Shown here in pieces: positions 45,770 to 54,877 of a stretch of 64,000 nucleotides of DNA. Within the stretch, counting starts at the first letter, position 1. Each line of letters opens with the position of its first letter. Location: positions 62,001 through 126,000 of the IMG/VR virus record IMGVR_UViG_2029527006_000008. One strand, written 5' to 3'. The DNA comes from an uncultured virus (IMG/VR IMGVR_UViG_2029527006_000008). Its lineage: Duplodnaviria; Heunggongvirae; Uroviricota; Caudoviricetes. The translations under genes and the position numbers were made by a program. A model generated the notes under the pieces. The model was not told the origin of the DNA, searched no databases, and saw nothing but the letters and a program-made list of their open reading frames with translations.

Positions 45770-47047
45770 ATGGCTTTAAGTATCACGCCGGTAGGTCAAG
45801 CACCCAGCCCGCCACCAGAAGCGCCTAAGATCTATTCTGAAGCGTATAAGCACAGCATCGTGGAGAGCGTGTACCAGAACGAAGGATCGTTCCTCTCCAT
45901 GGTTCCTGGCACGCCTGTGCTCACTGAGTACCATCGTCAGGCACAGAAGAACAACGAAGAACTGCACGCTTTCCAGCCAGGGTCAGGCACCTACCAGAGT
46001 CATACCCGTATCAAAGACGTTATACTGAAGTTCCGTGATGAAAACTTCAGCTTTGATGCCACTACCGCAGTATCGGGTAAAACGGGTTCGGCTTATGCTT
46101 TCTTTGGCTTGGTGCCGTTGGTGGGCGATTTCTTTATTGCTGACATCGGCGATGGCAACGCGGGCTGGTTTACGGTTACGGCGCTGTCTATTCCTGAATT
46201 CACCGCAAACAAGGTCTATCAGATCGAGTGGGTCTTTAACGGTATCTTAACTGAACCAATATGGAAAGAGATGGAGAGTATGATCGTTGAGGACCTCGTG
46301 TACTCACGCGACCAGCATCTCAATGGCGGTACGCCAATCATTTCTACCGGCGAATTCGATCTCAAGAAAAAGATTTGGAGCTGGTACCCAACGATCGTTC
46401 ACTACGTCTACGAAGAGTTCTACTGGGAAGAAGAGCGCACGCTGGCGTTAGAAGACAACGGCAAGCACTATTACGATCCCTACTTGGTCAAAGCTTTCCT
46501 TTCTATGGCCAAGAGCGAATCCCTGGGAACGTATCCGCGTTTAACTACGTTGGGTCTGGAGTACGGTGGGAATCTAAAAGCACAGCACGGCGTGTACAAC
46601 ATCTGGGACGTGCTGTTCCGTGGTGACTGGAACACCCTGCGTCGCTGCAAGAACACCGCGGCTATCGTGGACGTGAAGCGTCTGTACTCCACGCGCACCT
46701 ACAACAACATCCGTTCCAGCAGCTTTGACGGCGTAGTGGTGACTAACCCAGAAGATTTCGCGGATATGTCGGGATGGTACAGTTGGATGGATCTCATTCC
46801 GACCTACAACCCACTGCCCAACATCAAGATGGCTTACCTGTTTAGTGAAGACTTCTATCAGGGCAAACCACAGGGTGTGTTTGAGAACCTGGTTGTGGAC
46901 GTACTGAAAAACGACATCGTCGATCTCAAGCGCATTCACGACTTCCTGGAAACCTATTGGGATCTCCCCACCAAGTTGCAGTTCTACTACGCGCCTATCC
47001 TATTGTTAATGATTTTTAAATCACGCAAGATGGGTAAAGTGTTATGA
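45770..47047 (+). CDS. Virion structural protein, probable neck/head-closure (phiKZ gp99-like)
   Basis: AGGAG RBS; LVPLVGDFFIADIGDG resembles the P-x-x-G-D motif of head-closure proteins; YYDPYL. Confidence 0.55.
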   Translation: MALSITPVGQAPSPPPEAPKIYSEAYKHSIVESVYQNEGSFLSMVPGTPVLTEYHRQAQKNNEELHAFQPGSGTYQSHTRIKDVILKFRDENFSFDATTAVSGKTGSAYAFFGLVPLVGDFFIADIGDGNAGWFTVTALSIPEFTANKVYQIEWVFNGILTEPIWKEMESMIVEDLVYSRDQHLNGGTPIISTGEFDLKKKIWSWYPTIVHYVYEEFYWEEERTLALEDNGKHYYDPYLVKAFLSMAKSESLGTYPRLTTLGLEYGGNLKAQHGVYNIWDVLFRGDWNTLRRCKNTAAIVDVKRLYSTRTYNNIRSSSFDGVVVTNPEDFADMSGWYSWMDLIPTYNPLPNIKMAYLFSEDFYQGKPQGVFENLVVDVLKNDIVDLKRIHDFLETYWDLPTKLQFYYAPILLLMIFKSRKMGKVL

Positions 47048-47754
47048 TTGAAATTGAACGTTACCACGCAATAAGGTCGCGAGCAATTACGCTGCATGCG
47101 ATAATTACCAAGCGCACCTTTCCGTTTTGGGTGTTCCCTAGCCACACCATGACCACAGACCAAATTCGTGACCGCGTCGCCTACATGTCCAACGATACCG
47201 TGCCGGATTCTGACGTCTATGCACGACCGGTAAAGCGTGGACTCACGATTGAGAAAGCCATTAAGCTACTGGAAAACGTCACGGACGATCAACCATTAAA
47301 AGTTGATCAGCCCAATAAAAACGTGATTCAGATCGTGGACACGATTCAGGAGTATAACTCGCTGTGGTATGAGCTCTATCTCACGAACTCTAACTACGGC
47401 AGCATTAACCCTGAAGAGATACGTTACCTGGAACAGCTTGCCTTCTACATGTTTGACGACTACGCCCGCATCAAGCTCTATTTAGATCAGCGTGCGCATC
47501 GTGAAGATGAACGGCAAAGCGGCAAAGCAGGAAACGGGTTACTGGGATTGGTGGGGTTGTTCCAGTTAGACCACAAAACGGGAAGGCATCAACGTCCGGA
47601 GTTTATTTCCTATTACGATCTTCTTACCACGCGTGTGTTGCCGAACATCGGACACATTCCTCAAGACGCTTACAACGTACCTGCCCGCAATAACGTGGAC
47701 ACTCTGTTGCGTCAAGAAGAAGCACGCAAGGAGTTTGGTATCTGGGGGTCGTAA
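47044..47754 (+). CDS. Conserved hypothetical protein
   Basis: ATGA overlap; 236 aa. Confidence 0.7.
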   Translation: MIEIERYHAIRSRAITLHAIITKRTFPFWVFPSHTMTTDQIRDRVAYMSNDTVPDSDVYARPVKRGLTIEKAIKLLENVTDDQPLKVDQPNKNVIQIVDTIQEYNSLWYELYLTNSNYGSINPEEIRYLEQLAFYMFDDYARIKLYLDQRAHREDERQSGKAGNGLLGLVGLFQLDHKTGRHQRPEFISYYDLLTTRVLPNIGHIPQDAYNVPARNNVDTLLRQEEARKEFGIWGS

Positions 47755-49092
47755 GTGGAAATCTCAAAACCGCTACAGAACTTAATCACGCAGGCCCGAA
47801 CAGTATCCAAAGCAGGCACCAACCGCTACTACCGTTTGTCAGCCACGCTGATTACGCCGACGCAACATATTCCGGTGTATTTGATCAGTCACTTTGATCG
47901 CACCGCGATGTTTGCGTCGTCTCGCGCAGACGACTACCGGTTAACCTGCCAGATTCAACCCGGTCTTTACCTCAAGCAAGTGTTGCCGTTTTCAGACAAT
48001 CTCAAGCTAGAGGTCATTGAGCGAGAAGGATTGAAACAGACTTCCCGTATGTTTCGCTGCATCCCGCTGACCAACAACGATCCAGAGATGTCGGGCAACA
48101 ACACCAAGGTCAGTAACCTGGAGAACTTTGATAGCTTAAACATTATCACGGTTAACCTTCAGCTACAGGAGCTCGGCTTCGCGATTCTGCGTAACAGCTT
48201 TACCACTGACTCGGTGTTCTTCCTGGCACGCACTGACAAGGCCCTACAGCACGCTCTGATCACAGATGGAGCTGAAGTAGGGTTATCAGGTGCTGATGCT
48301 TTCCGGGGTGTAGATATGCCGATAGAGGGCGATAACGCCAAAGTCTATAAGCACATTGAAATCCCAGACGGTACGCGGTTAATGGATCTTCCGACTTATC
48401 TTCAGAACGATGACAAGTACGGGATCTATTCTGCTGGACTGGCGTGTTTCTATCGCAAGGGAATGTTTTACCTGTTCCCACCTTTCTTGATGGGTCGATA
48501 CAAAACAGCCGCTCGTGTATTGGATATCTTCCGCTTTCCTGAGGATGCTACACCAACGTTGGAAACCACCTGGTACACCAACAATAAAACGGTGACGATC
48601 TTGTCAACCGGGCACTCCAAGCATCAGTCAACAGTTGACATCACGCGCCAGAACAACGGCGTGGGTAAACGTATTATTAACCCAGATGCACTGTCAGGCA
48701 AAGCCGGTAACTTCTACGCGAAAGGTAAAGCCATCACTACCCGCTCAGACTCCATGAGTGAGTACCAGACAGCACAACGCGGTTCGGGCGAACAGATCTC
48801 CGTCTATGACCGTAATCCCGCAGAGAACATCTACAAGGGTCTTTCTGAGACTGCTTACAACGATGGTGAACTCATTACGATTCCGTGGGATCAATCCAAT
48901 GCTGAACTCATCACACCAGGCATGCCGTGTAAGTATTACTTCACGCAAGCAAACGATGTGTTGGTAGAAGTTGAGGGCGTGGTGTTGGGCGTTATCAGTC
49001 AGTCAGTGCAAAACGATACGCAGCCGAATACGGTGTTCCGTGAACGCTCAACGCTGTTTGTGTTTCTGGTCTATGAAGGTTTGGATACATAA
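47755..49092 (+). CDS. Probable baseplate hub protein (phiKZ gp101-like; T4 gp27-like)
   Basis: GTG start; IEIPDGTRLMDLPTYLQ..YGIYSAG and WDQSNAELITPGMP motifs; synteny. Confidence 0.55.
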   Translation: MEISKPLQNLITQARTVSKAGTNRYYRLSATLITPTQHIPVYLISHFDRTAMFASSRADDYRLTCQIQPGLYLKQVLPFSDNLKLEVIEREGLKQTSRMFRCIPLTNNDPEMSGNNTKVSNLENFDSLNIITVNLQLQELGFAILRNSFTTDSVFFLARTDKALQHALITDGAEVGLSGADAFRGVDMPIEGDNAKVYKHIEIPDGTRLMDLPTYLQNDDKYGIYSAGLACFYRKGMFYLFPPFLMGRYKTAARVLDIFRFPEDATPTLETTWYTNNKTVTILSTGHSKHQSTVDITRQNNGVGKRIINPDALSGKAGNFYAKGKAITTRSDSMSEYQTAQRGSGEQISVYDRNPAENIYKGLSETAYNDGELITIPWDQSNAELITPGMPCKYYFTQANDVLVEVEGVVLGVISQSVQNDTQPNTVFRERSTLFVFLVYEGLDT

Positions 49093-49096
49093 CTCA

Positions 49097-49126
49097 CTAC
49101 TCTACTCCCGCTGGGGAGTAGAGTAG
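49097..49126. terminator. Hairpin between convergent genes (repeat family member)
   Basis: CTACTCTACTCCC-GCTG-GGGAGTAGAGTAG. Confidence 0.75.
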
Positions 49127-49142
49127 CTTATGCTTATTGGGC

Positions 49143-50696
49143 TTATGCCGCTATGTCGAAATCATCTTCTCCCGGTACTGAATCACCAAAGTCATTAAGA
49201 CGATGGGTGATCTTCTTACGACACATCGGCTTGCCTGCGATATCGTGAACCAAACCAAGTACAGGATCCAGATCGTAGATACCAAATGAGAACGCAGGGT
49301 CGCCCGCATCACCACGAATCTTACCGATTGCGTAGGTGAAGTAGTTACCTGTTGAAGTCTTGGCAACGTGAATGGTAATTTCTGCATCCACTTCGTTCGT
49401 TAACTTAGTGGAGGTTTCTGTCATCGACTTACCCGCTACCATCTGAGCAAAGTAAATCTCACTGTCATCATCTGATTCCCTGAGCAGTCGTTTCGCGTCC
49501 GGGTTAAGCTGATGAGGCGTGTTGAAACAGATACCGCGAGCAGAAGTAAACGCACGTGCTTTACGCAGCAGGATTTGCAGTCGGTCAGATTTGCTGTCAC
49601 CCAATATGCCATCGAGTTCCATCATCGCTAAGTAGTCATAGACATACATGATGATTTCGTGACCGCGCATTTCCAGCTTACGGATACGTGCGCAGAAGTT
49701 AGCGTAGTTATCTTTGTTCGGCTCAATCTGGTTAAAGATGAAGTACCAACCGTTCTCGATAAACGCTTCGGTAATGGTGGTGTAGATCTCTTCTGACGTG
49801 ACTTCTTCAAACGGACGCAGCTTGCCGGTCTTGGCCACACAGATGAGTTTGTACATACGGTTAAGAATAAGTTCGATACCGTCTTCTGCTGAATCCAGAA
49901 CGATGGTTGGAATCTTACTCTTGTTACGCAGCATCGGTGTTGCTTTATTATACAGACCAGTCGATGCAATCGCATGACCCATCATGAGAGACTTACCACG
50001 GTTAGTCAGGGCGTTCCACAGATACGTCTTACCGCGACGCAACCCTTGGTCTGGACCTAAGCCCTTGTTGATGCCCTGGATGCCTAACTTAATGATACCA
50101 TCGCCATTCTGTTCACGCTGAGCACGTTCAATGATTTCCAGGAAGGGATCTTTATCTTCCGAAGAAACCGACTCAACAACCTCGCTCTGCTTCTCTTCAT
50201 TATAAGCTTGGTTGATCTTGCCCTGAATGACATCCATGAACTCTACCCAGTCGTTTTTCTGGAACTGGCGGAGTTCTTTGAAGTGGAAGTCCTTGATCTT
50301 CTTTTTCAGTGCATCGTTGATCTTGGTGGTTTCTTGCTCCTTCTTGATTTCGTCGATATGTTTGTAGATAATCTGACGAGTACGTTCTGTTGTCGGATAG
50401 TCTTCCAACCCCACTTCCAGCAGATCTTTCAGCTCAGGTGCTTCTTTTACAAACGAATACACCCTCTGCATGAGCATTGATTTTATGATCGCTTCATCGT
50501 CCGGTTGCTCTAAGATCCAGTCGATGGTGGAACGAATAGCACTGTCAGTCTTGCGATCTTGGACAAACACATCCGTGTTGGGGGTTTTTAACGTTCCGAG
50601 AACATCGGTCAACTCATTTAACAATCCGCGGTCTTTCAACTTCTTTGCATGATAAAAGCAAGTAAGGACTTTTACCAACATTAACAGATGACCCAT
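49143..50696 (-). CDS. dnaB: DnaB-like replicative helicase (phiKZ gp118-like)
   Basis: GLRRG..ALTNRGKS Walker A, DSAED, YVYDYL Walker B, TPHQL, EVDAEI, GKIRG; GGAG RBS. Confidence 0.85.
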   Translation of the reverse strand: MGHLLMLVKVLTCFYHAKKLKDRGLLNELTDVLGTLKTPNTDVFVQDRKTDSAIRSTIDWILEQPDDEAIIKSMLMQRVYSFVKEAPELKDLLEVGLEDYPTTERTRQIIYKHIDEIKKEQETTKINDALKKKIKDFHFKELRQFQKNDWVEFMDVIQGKINQAYNEEKQSEVVESVSSEDKDPFLEIIERAQREQNGDGIIKLGIQGINKGLGPDQGLRRGKTYLWNALTNRGKSLMMGHAIASTGLYNKATPMLRNKSKIPTIVLDSAEDGIELILNRMYKLICVAKTGKLRPFEEVTSEEIYTTITEAFIENGWYFIFNQIEPNKDNYANFCARIRKLEMRGHEIIMYVYDYLAMMELDGILGDSKSDRLQILLRKARAFTSARGICFNTPHQLNPDAKRLLRESDDDSEIYFAQMVAGKSMTETSTKLTNEVDAEITIHVAKTSTGNYFTYAIGKIRGDAGDPAFSFGIYDLDPVLGLVHDIAGKPMCRKKITHRLNDFGDSVPGEDDFDIAA

Positions 50697-50714
50697 ATTA
50701 ACTCCGGTGACAAC

Positions 50715-51272
50715 ATGAAATTTATTTTGAAGAATGTGAACGAGAAAACCGACTTCTGGGTCTTGACCTCAGACATGGTCAGTCTTATCGAAAAAAATGG
50801 TATAAAATATTCCGAGCTTAATGAGCTGGGGAAGAAGTTGAATAAATTAACATTTGATGAGGTGGGTAGTTTCTTTTTACTCCAGGGTCTTGTGTTAAAA
50901 CGCCTGGGTAAACCGGAAGTTGACTATCCTATTGAGACGTCAAATGCAACACAGACTGCGCTCTTGAAAGAGGTTATCACATCACGTGATGACATTAAGC
51001 AGTATTTTATTGAATTATTGCAGCACCACAACACATACTTCTATCGTCGCGCTGAAAGCGGACTTGTTCTGATGATCGCGGACAGAGGTTGTGTGCAATC
51101 TGATTACCCAAACTGGACGATGCTTAAAGCAGACAAGTTGGCAATGGCGATCATGGATACACTCTATGAGAACTTTGGTTATCAGGATCTGCACTTTAAC
51201 GCAGTAATCCAGGCGGGTGTCAACGAGTTCACTCTCTCGAACGCATTCTATGCACTGGAACAAGAGCCTTGA
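50715..51272 (+). CDS. Virion protein preceding the major capsid (phiKZ gp119-like)
   Basis: ATG 50715; divergent from the helicase; synteny. Confidence 0.6.
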   Translation: MKFILKNVNEKTDFWVLTSDMVSLIEKNGIKYSELNELGKKLNKLTFDEVGSFFLLQGLVLKRLGKPEVDYPIETSNATQTALLKEVITSRDDIKQYFIELLQHHNTYFYRRAESGLVLMIADRGCVQSDYPNWTMLKADKLAMAIMDTLYENFGYQDLHFNAVIQAGVNEFTLSNAFYALEQEP

Positions 51273-51297
51273 CGTAGACTATAGCTATCACTGTTAT

Positions 51298-51305
51298 ATT
51301 TTATG
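51298..51305 (+). promoter_or_regulatory. Putative late promoter of the major capsid gene (ATTTTATG)
   Basis: Intergenic, about 65 nt upstream of ATG 51371. Confidence 0.65.
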
Positions 51306-51370
51306 CGCAAGCGAGTTAACAAATATATTTGTTTATTTCATGTCTTAACTGAAACAGAAGGATTTATACG

Positions 51371-53623
51371 ATGGCTTTTAAAGACGTCAAAGCTGGAGTT
51401 CGCAACACCGGCAACCTTATTAAGCAGGCGATGGACCTGACCAAGAACCAGTCGTTCGCTGCCCTGAGCGGCGTTGAGTCATTCAACGATGCACAGCAAC
51501 AGTTCGGCACAATCTTCGGTGGCGAAGGCTTCAATACCTTCCAGAAGGGCATGACTGATAACCTGTCCCACGGCGGCTTCGACGCAGCTAAAGCAGCGAT
51601 CGGTCGTAACAACATCAACGAAATCGCGGCGTCTGTCTTCACCACCGACGTGCTGAGCGACATCGCGAAACGTCAGGGTCTGGAATCTTTCACCCTGGCA
51701 CAGTTCCCGGGCCAGAGCATGGAAACCAAAGCGGTTAACATCGTTCTGAACACCCAAACTCGTCTGCAGACCAAAGCTGCTGAAGAGCTGTACAAAACCA
51801 TCTCCGTGCGTTACGAAGATGAAGGTGTGAAACTGACCGTGCGTGCTGCCGGCGTAGGTTCTTATGTTTCCGGTGCTTCTGCATGGGAAAGCATGACCGA
51901 ACTGACTCCGATCTTCGGCATCCTGCGTAATGGCGACATCTTCAAAGATGACGTACTGCGCGTGTGGCCGGTTCTGCCTGCTGATGCAGACGACGAAAAC
52001 GCACAGCTGTTCATCGACGCGAGCATCAAAGCGCCGGTTGATCAGGAATACCCTACCGGTGACGCATACGGTCGTCAGGATCACCTGACTCAGATGCTGG
52101 CCGTTCCTGGCGTAGTTAACAACCTGCTGGGCCTGTGCACCGCACCTGGTCAGCGTCCGTGGACCGATACCGACGATATCGAATCAGCTTCTATCCGTAT
52201 TCTGGAGCTGGGCTTCGCTGGTAAACTGAACGGTAAAGACATCCAGGCATTCGTGCCGACCGAGTCTATGACCAACATCAACATGTCTCCGACCTCTGTT
52301 GGCCAGAACTCGAACGACCGTGATCTCGACATCACGCTGCGTCACCTGCCGGTTACCGCGCTGGTTGACAAAGACGGTAAGTCTGTGAAGGCGCTGTTCC
52401 AGGCGTTCTATGACAAAGGCCTCGAGCCGAACCTGAACGTGCGCATGACCGCTCGTTATAACCGTCAGAGCTACCGTCTGGAGCTGACCACTGGTAAAGT
52501 TACCATTGAGTCCCTGACCGATCTGAACGACAACAACAAGCGTATCACGCACAGCAGCGCAACTGAAGATCAGAAAGCCCTGCTGAACGCGCTGAAAGGC
52601 GGCCTGGTGAATGCGGCGACTCCGTCCATGAACCTGACCAACGCCTCTAACGGCAACTTCGGTTACCGTCTGGAAGTGTTTGACACCAGCAAAGAACTGA
52701 CCACTCGTCGTCAGGATCCGATCTCTGTCAAATACCCGGTCCGTCCGGAAGATGTGAACAAAGAAGCGCTGGACGACGCTGTTAGCTACATGGGTGTTAC
52801 CATCCAGACTAACTGCTCGAAGAAAGCCTTCGAAACTGCGTACAAACATCTGGACTACCTCACCTCTATCGATGGTGCGCCGGTTGTTGACAACGAAAAC
52901 GGCGGTAACGATCTGCCGGGTCGTATGTACGTTAAAGCGTCTACCGTTCACCGTTCGTTCCGTATTCAGGATCACATCAGTTCTCCTGAAAACATCGACG
53001 TGTTCGATAACGTCTGCTCCCTGCTGCTGACTGAAATCCAGGACATCACTGCCGCGCTGGCATTCAAATCCGGCATCGCCGCGATCAACGAATACAGCGG
53101 TATCGCGAAGACTAAATGGTCTGTGATCGTTCACCAGAACCTCGAGCGCTTCCTGATGCGTTCTGGCGACGCGCGTATCACCGCGTCTGAAGATTTCAAC
53201 ATCGTTGCGACTAACTTCGACAGCATGATCGGTAAGATCCTGATCGTTCCTCAGAACGACTCGACTGAAGATCGCATCAACCCGCTCGGCGGCATCGGTG
53301 TTAACGTTGCTAAAGAGAACGTCGTTCTGCACGGCCAGGTAACTCGTGGCAACCAGGACTTCGGCGTGATGATGACCATGCCGTGCTACCTGCACTGGAA
53401 CCTGAACGTAATCGTTGGCTCTCTGGTCATCGAAGACGCTGCAGACTTCCTGGGCGACGCTGGCGTGTTCTTCAAACTGGGCGGCGTTAAAGTTAGCTCT
53501 GCTCCGGGCACTGCTGTTAACACCAACAGCAATGGCGCTGCAACTGGTCCTTCTGAAGTGAAGATCGTCAATGACGCTACTTCTCCGGTTGTGACTCAGG
53601 CTGTACCTGCCTCGGGAAACTGA
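51371..53623 (+). CDS. Major capsid protein precursor (phiKZ gp120-like)
   Basis: 750 aa; strongest codon bias in the window; propeptide with SGVES/GGEG/QGLES; QTKAAEELYKTI, NNLLGL, TDTDDI, FLMRSGDARI, MPCYLHWN motifs; position after dnaB and gp119. Confidence 0.9.
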   Translation: MAFKDVKAGVRNTGNLIKQAMDLTKNQSFAALSGVESFNDAQQQFGTIFGGEGFNTFQKGMTDNLSHGGFDAAKAAIGRNNINEIAASVFTTDVLSDIAKRQGLESFTLAQFPGQSMETKAVNIVLNTQTRLQTKAAEELYKTISVRYEDEGVKLTVRAAGVGSYVSGASAWESMTELTPIFGILRNGDIFKDDVLRVWPVLPADADDENAQLFIDASIKAPVDQEYPTGDAYGRQDHLTQMLAVPGVVNNLLGLCTAPGQRPWTDTDDIESASIRILELGFAGKLNGKDIQAFVPTESMTNINMSPTSVGQNSNDRDLDITLRHLPVTALVDKDGKSVKALFQAFYDKGLEPNLNVRMTARYNRQSYRLELTTGKVTIESLTDLNDNNKRITHSSATEDQKALLNALKGGLVNAATPSMNLTNASNGNFGYRLEVFDTSKELTTRRQDPISVKYPVRPEDVNKEALDDAVSYMGVTIQTNCSKKAFETAYKHLDYLTSIDGAPVVDNENGGNDLPGRMYVKASTVHRSFRIQDHISSPENIDVFDNVCSLLLTEIQDITAALAFKSGIAAINEYSGIAKTKWSVIVHQNLERFLMRSGDARITASEDFNIVATNFDSMIGKILIVPQNDSTEDRINPLGGIGVNVAKENVVLHGQVTRGNQDFGVMMTMPCYLHWNLNVIVGSLVIEDAADFLGDAGVFFKLGGVKVSSAPGTAVNTNSNGAATGPSEVKIVNDATSPVVTQAVPASGN

Positions 53624-53686
53624 TCATCCTCCCGTCAACCTTTTACGGTGAACTTGATCAGCAGGCTTACCTAGGATGATGGGAGG
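53614..53686 (+). other. Candidate programmed -1 ribosomal frameshift cassette
   Basis: In-frame G GGA AAC immediately before TGA; 7-nt spacer; stem CCTCCCGTCA (53628-37) / TGATGGGAGG (53677-86); the -1 frame is open to 53679. Confidence 0.7.
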
Positions 53687-53717
53687 CCGCCCCCGACTGT
53701 TGTACTAAGTTAATAAC

Positions 53718-53750
53718 TACTACTCCCACCCGGAAGGGTTGGGAGTAGTA
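53718..53750 (+). terminator. Hairpin (repeat family member)
   Basis: TACTACTCCCACCC-GGAA-GGGTTGGGAGTAGTA, then TTATTT. Confidence 0.75.
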
Positions 53751-53771
53751 TTATTTATGTTTGCCATTTAT

Positions 53772-53789
53772 TTTTCAGACCTACATTAT
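53772..53789 (+). promoter_or_regulatory. Putative early promoter of the operon containing nvRNAP beta-N
   Basis: TTTTCAGACCTACATTAT, identical to 1457-1474. Confidence 0.65.
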
Positions 53790-53850
53790 TAGACCGTATA
53801 CACTCAAAATGATCGACGGATCAGAGAACCAAATTACAGGGCCCTGAAAA

Positions 53851-54861
53851 ATGAACCGATGCTTTAACTTAGACTACAAGATATTCAATCCTAAACGCGT
53901 TCCTCTTCAAATCCGGTACAAGGGGGGAATTAGTTATGAACTCCACGACAACTGGGATGACAGGGGAGAGCGGGTTTATATTGAGTTTCGTATTGATGGG
54001 GTCGATGTGCGCAAGCTACGGGTTAATCCTGAAGAAGCACTGACCAATTTCGATCGTACTGTGATGACCAGCTTAAAGGCTCGTATCGACGACTTAATTA
54101 AAAGTCATCCGCACGACGATCTAATGTTAGCTAACCAAAACATTTTCTTTGTAGTAAACATTACGAATCAAGAACTCGGTCGTAAGAATTCAGTACACAG
54201 CGAGTTGTTGGGTTTCACTCTTTACCTGGGCAAGTTCGATCGTGAAGTACATGCGTTGAACACGCCCAGCGAAGCGTTAGACAATATTGCCGATACAGCC
54301 AACGTCAGCAATAGCGTTAACGCATCCATTAAGTTAATTGACCCAGAGCGCCGTTTCAGCAATCTGTGGACAAACGTTTTTGGTCGTGCGGTAAAGGTGG
54401 ATGCAGTGAGGGTGTCAGACCAAACGCCAGGTCTGTACTTGTTTTGTGAGGGCGAGGATGTCGACGGGATTCAGTGTTATTTCACGTTCGACGAAATTGA
54501 TAATAAAATACTACAGCAATATGGTATATTCATGAGTGAACAAGATGCACTATTGGGAGGTAACACTGACGAGCTAATCCGCACTCGCAAGAGTCTGGAT
54601 AACGTCAAGAAAGAAAACCGTGACCTAATGACAATGCTGTCTACCCAACGCACACGCATTGGTGAGTTAATCCAACGAGTAGCGACCGTTACAAATGAAG
54701 TTGCTGTACTTAAAGCTGAAGTAACCAAGAAGGATCTGGAACAGAAGTTCTTCGAGAAGTTAGAGAAGAAGAAAGCAGGCATGGATACGTTGGGAGGATA
54801 CGTTAAGAATGCTTCGATTGTTTGTAGCGCGTTGCTGAGTATTTACAAAACAGTGACATGA
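53851..54861 (+). CDS. Conserved hypothetical protein with a C-terminal coiled coil and hydrophobic tip
   Basis: 336 aa; heptad stretch ELIRTRKSLDNVKKEN...; PGLYL motif. Confidence 0.7.
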   Translation: MNRCFNLDYKIFNPKRVPLQIRYKGGISYELHDNWDDRGERVYIEFRIDGVDVRKLRVNPEEALTNFDRTVMTSLKARIDDLIKSHPHDDLMLANQNIFFVVNITNQELGRKNSVHSELLGFTLYLGKFDREVHALNTPSEALDNIADTANVSNSVNASIKLIDPERRFSNLWTNVFGRAVKVDAVRVSDQTPGLYLFCEGEDVDGIQCYFTFDEIDNKILQQYGIFMSEQDALLGGNTDELIRTRKSLDNVKKENRDLMTMLSTQRTRIGELIQRVATVTNEVAVLKAEVTKKDLEQKFFEKLEKKKAGMDTLGGYVKNASIVCSALLSIYKTVT

Positions 54862-54877
54862 CACAAATGGAGGGTTG

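Noticed and set aside
52184..53395. 403-aa antisense ORF within the capsid gene (similar ones at 4968-5930, 6934-8082 and 29354-30469)
   Set aside because: Each lies wholly opposite a conserved gene and is explained by the scarcity of TTA/CTA/TCA codons on the coding strand.
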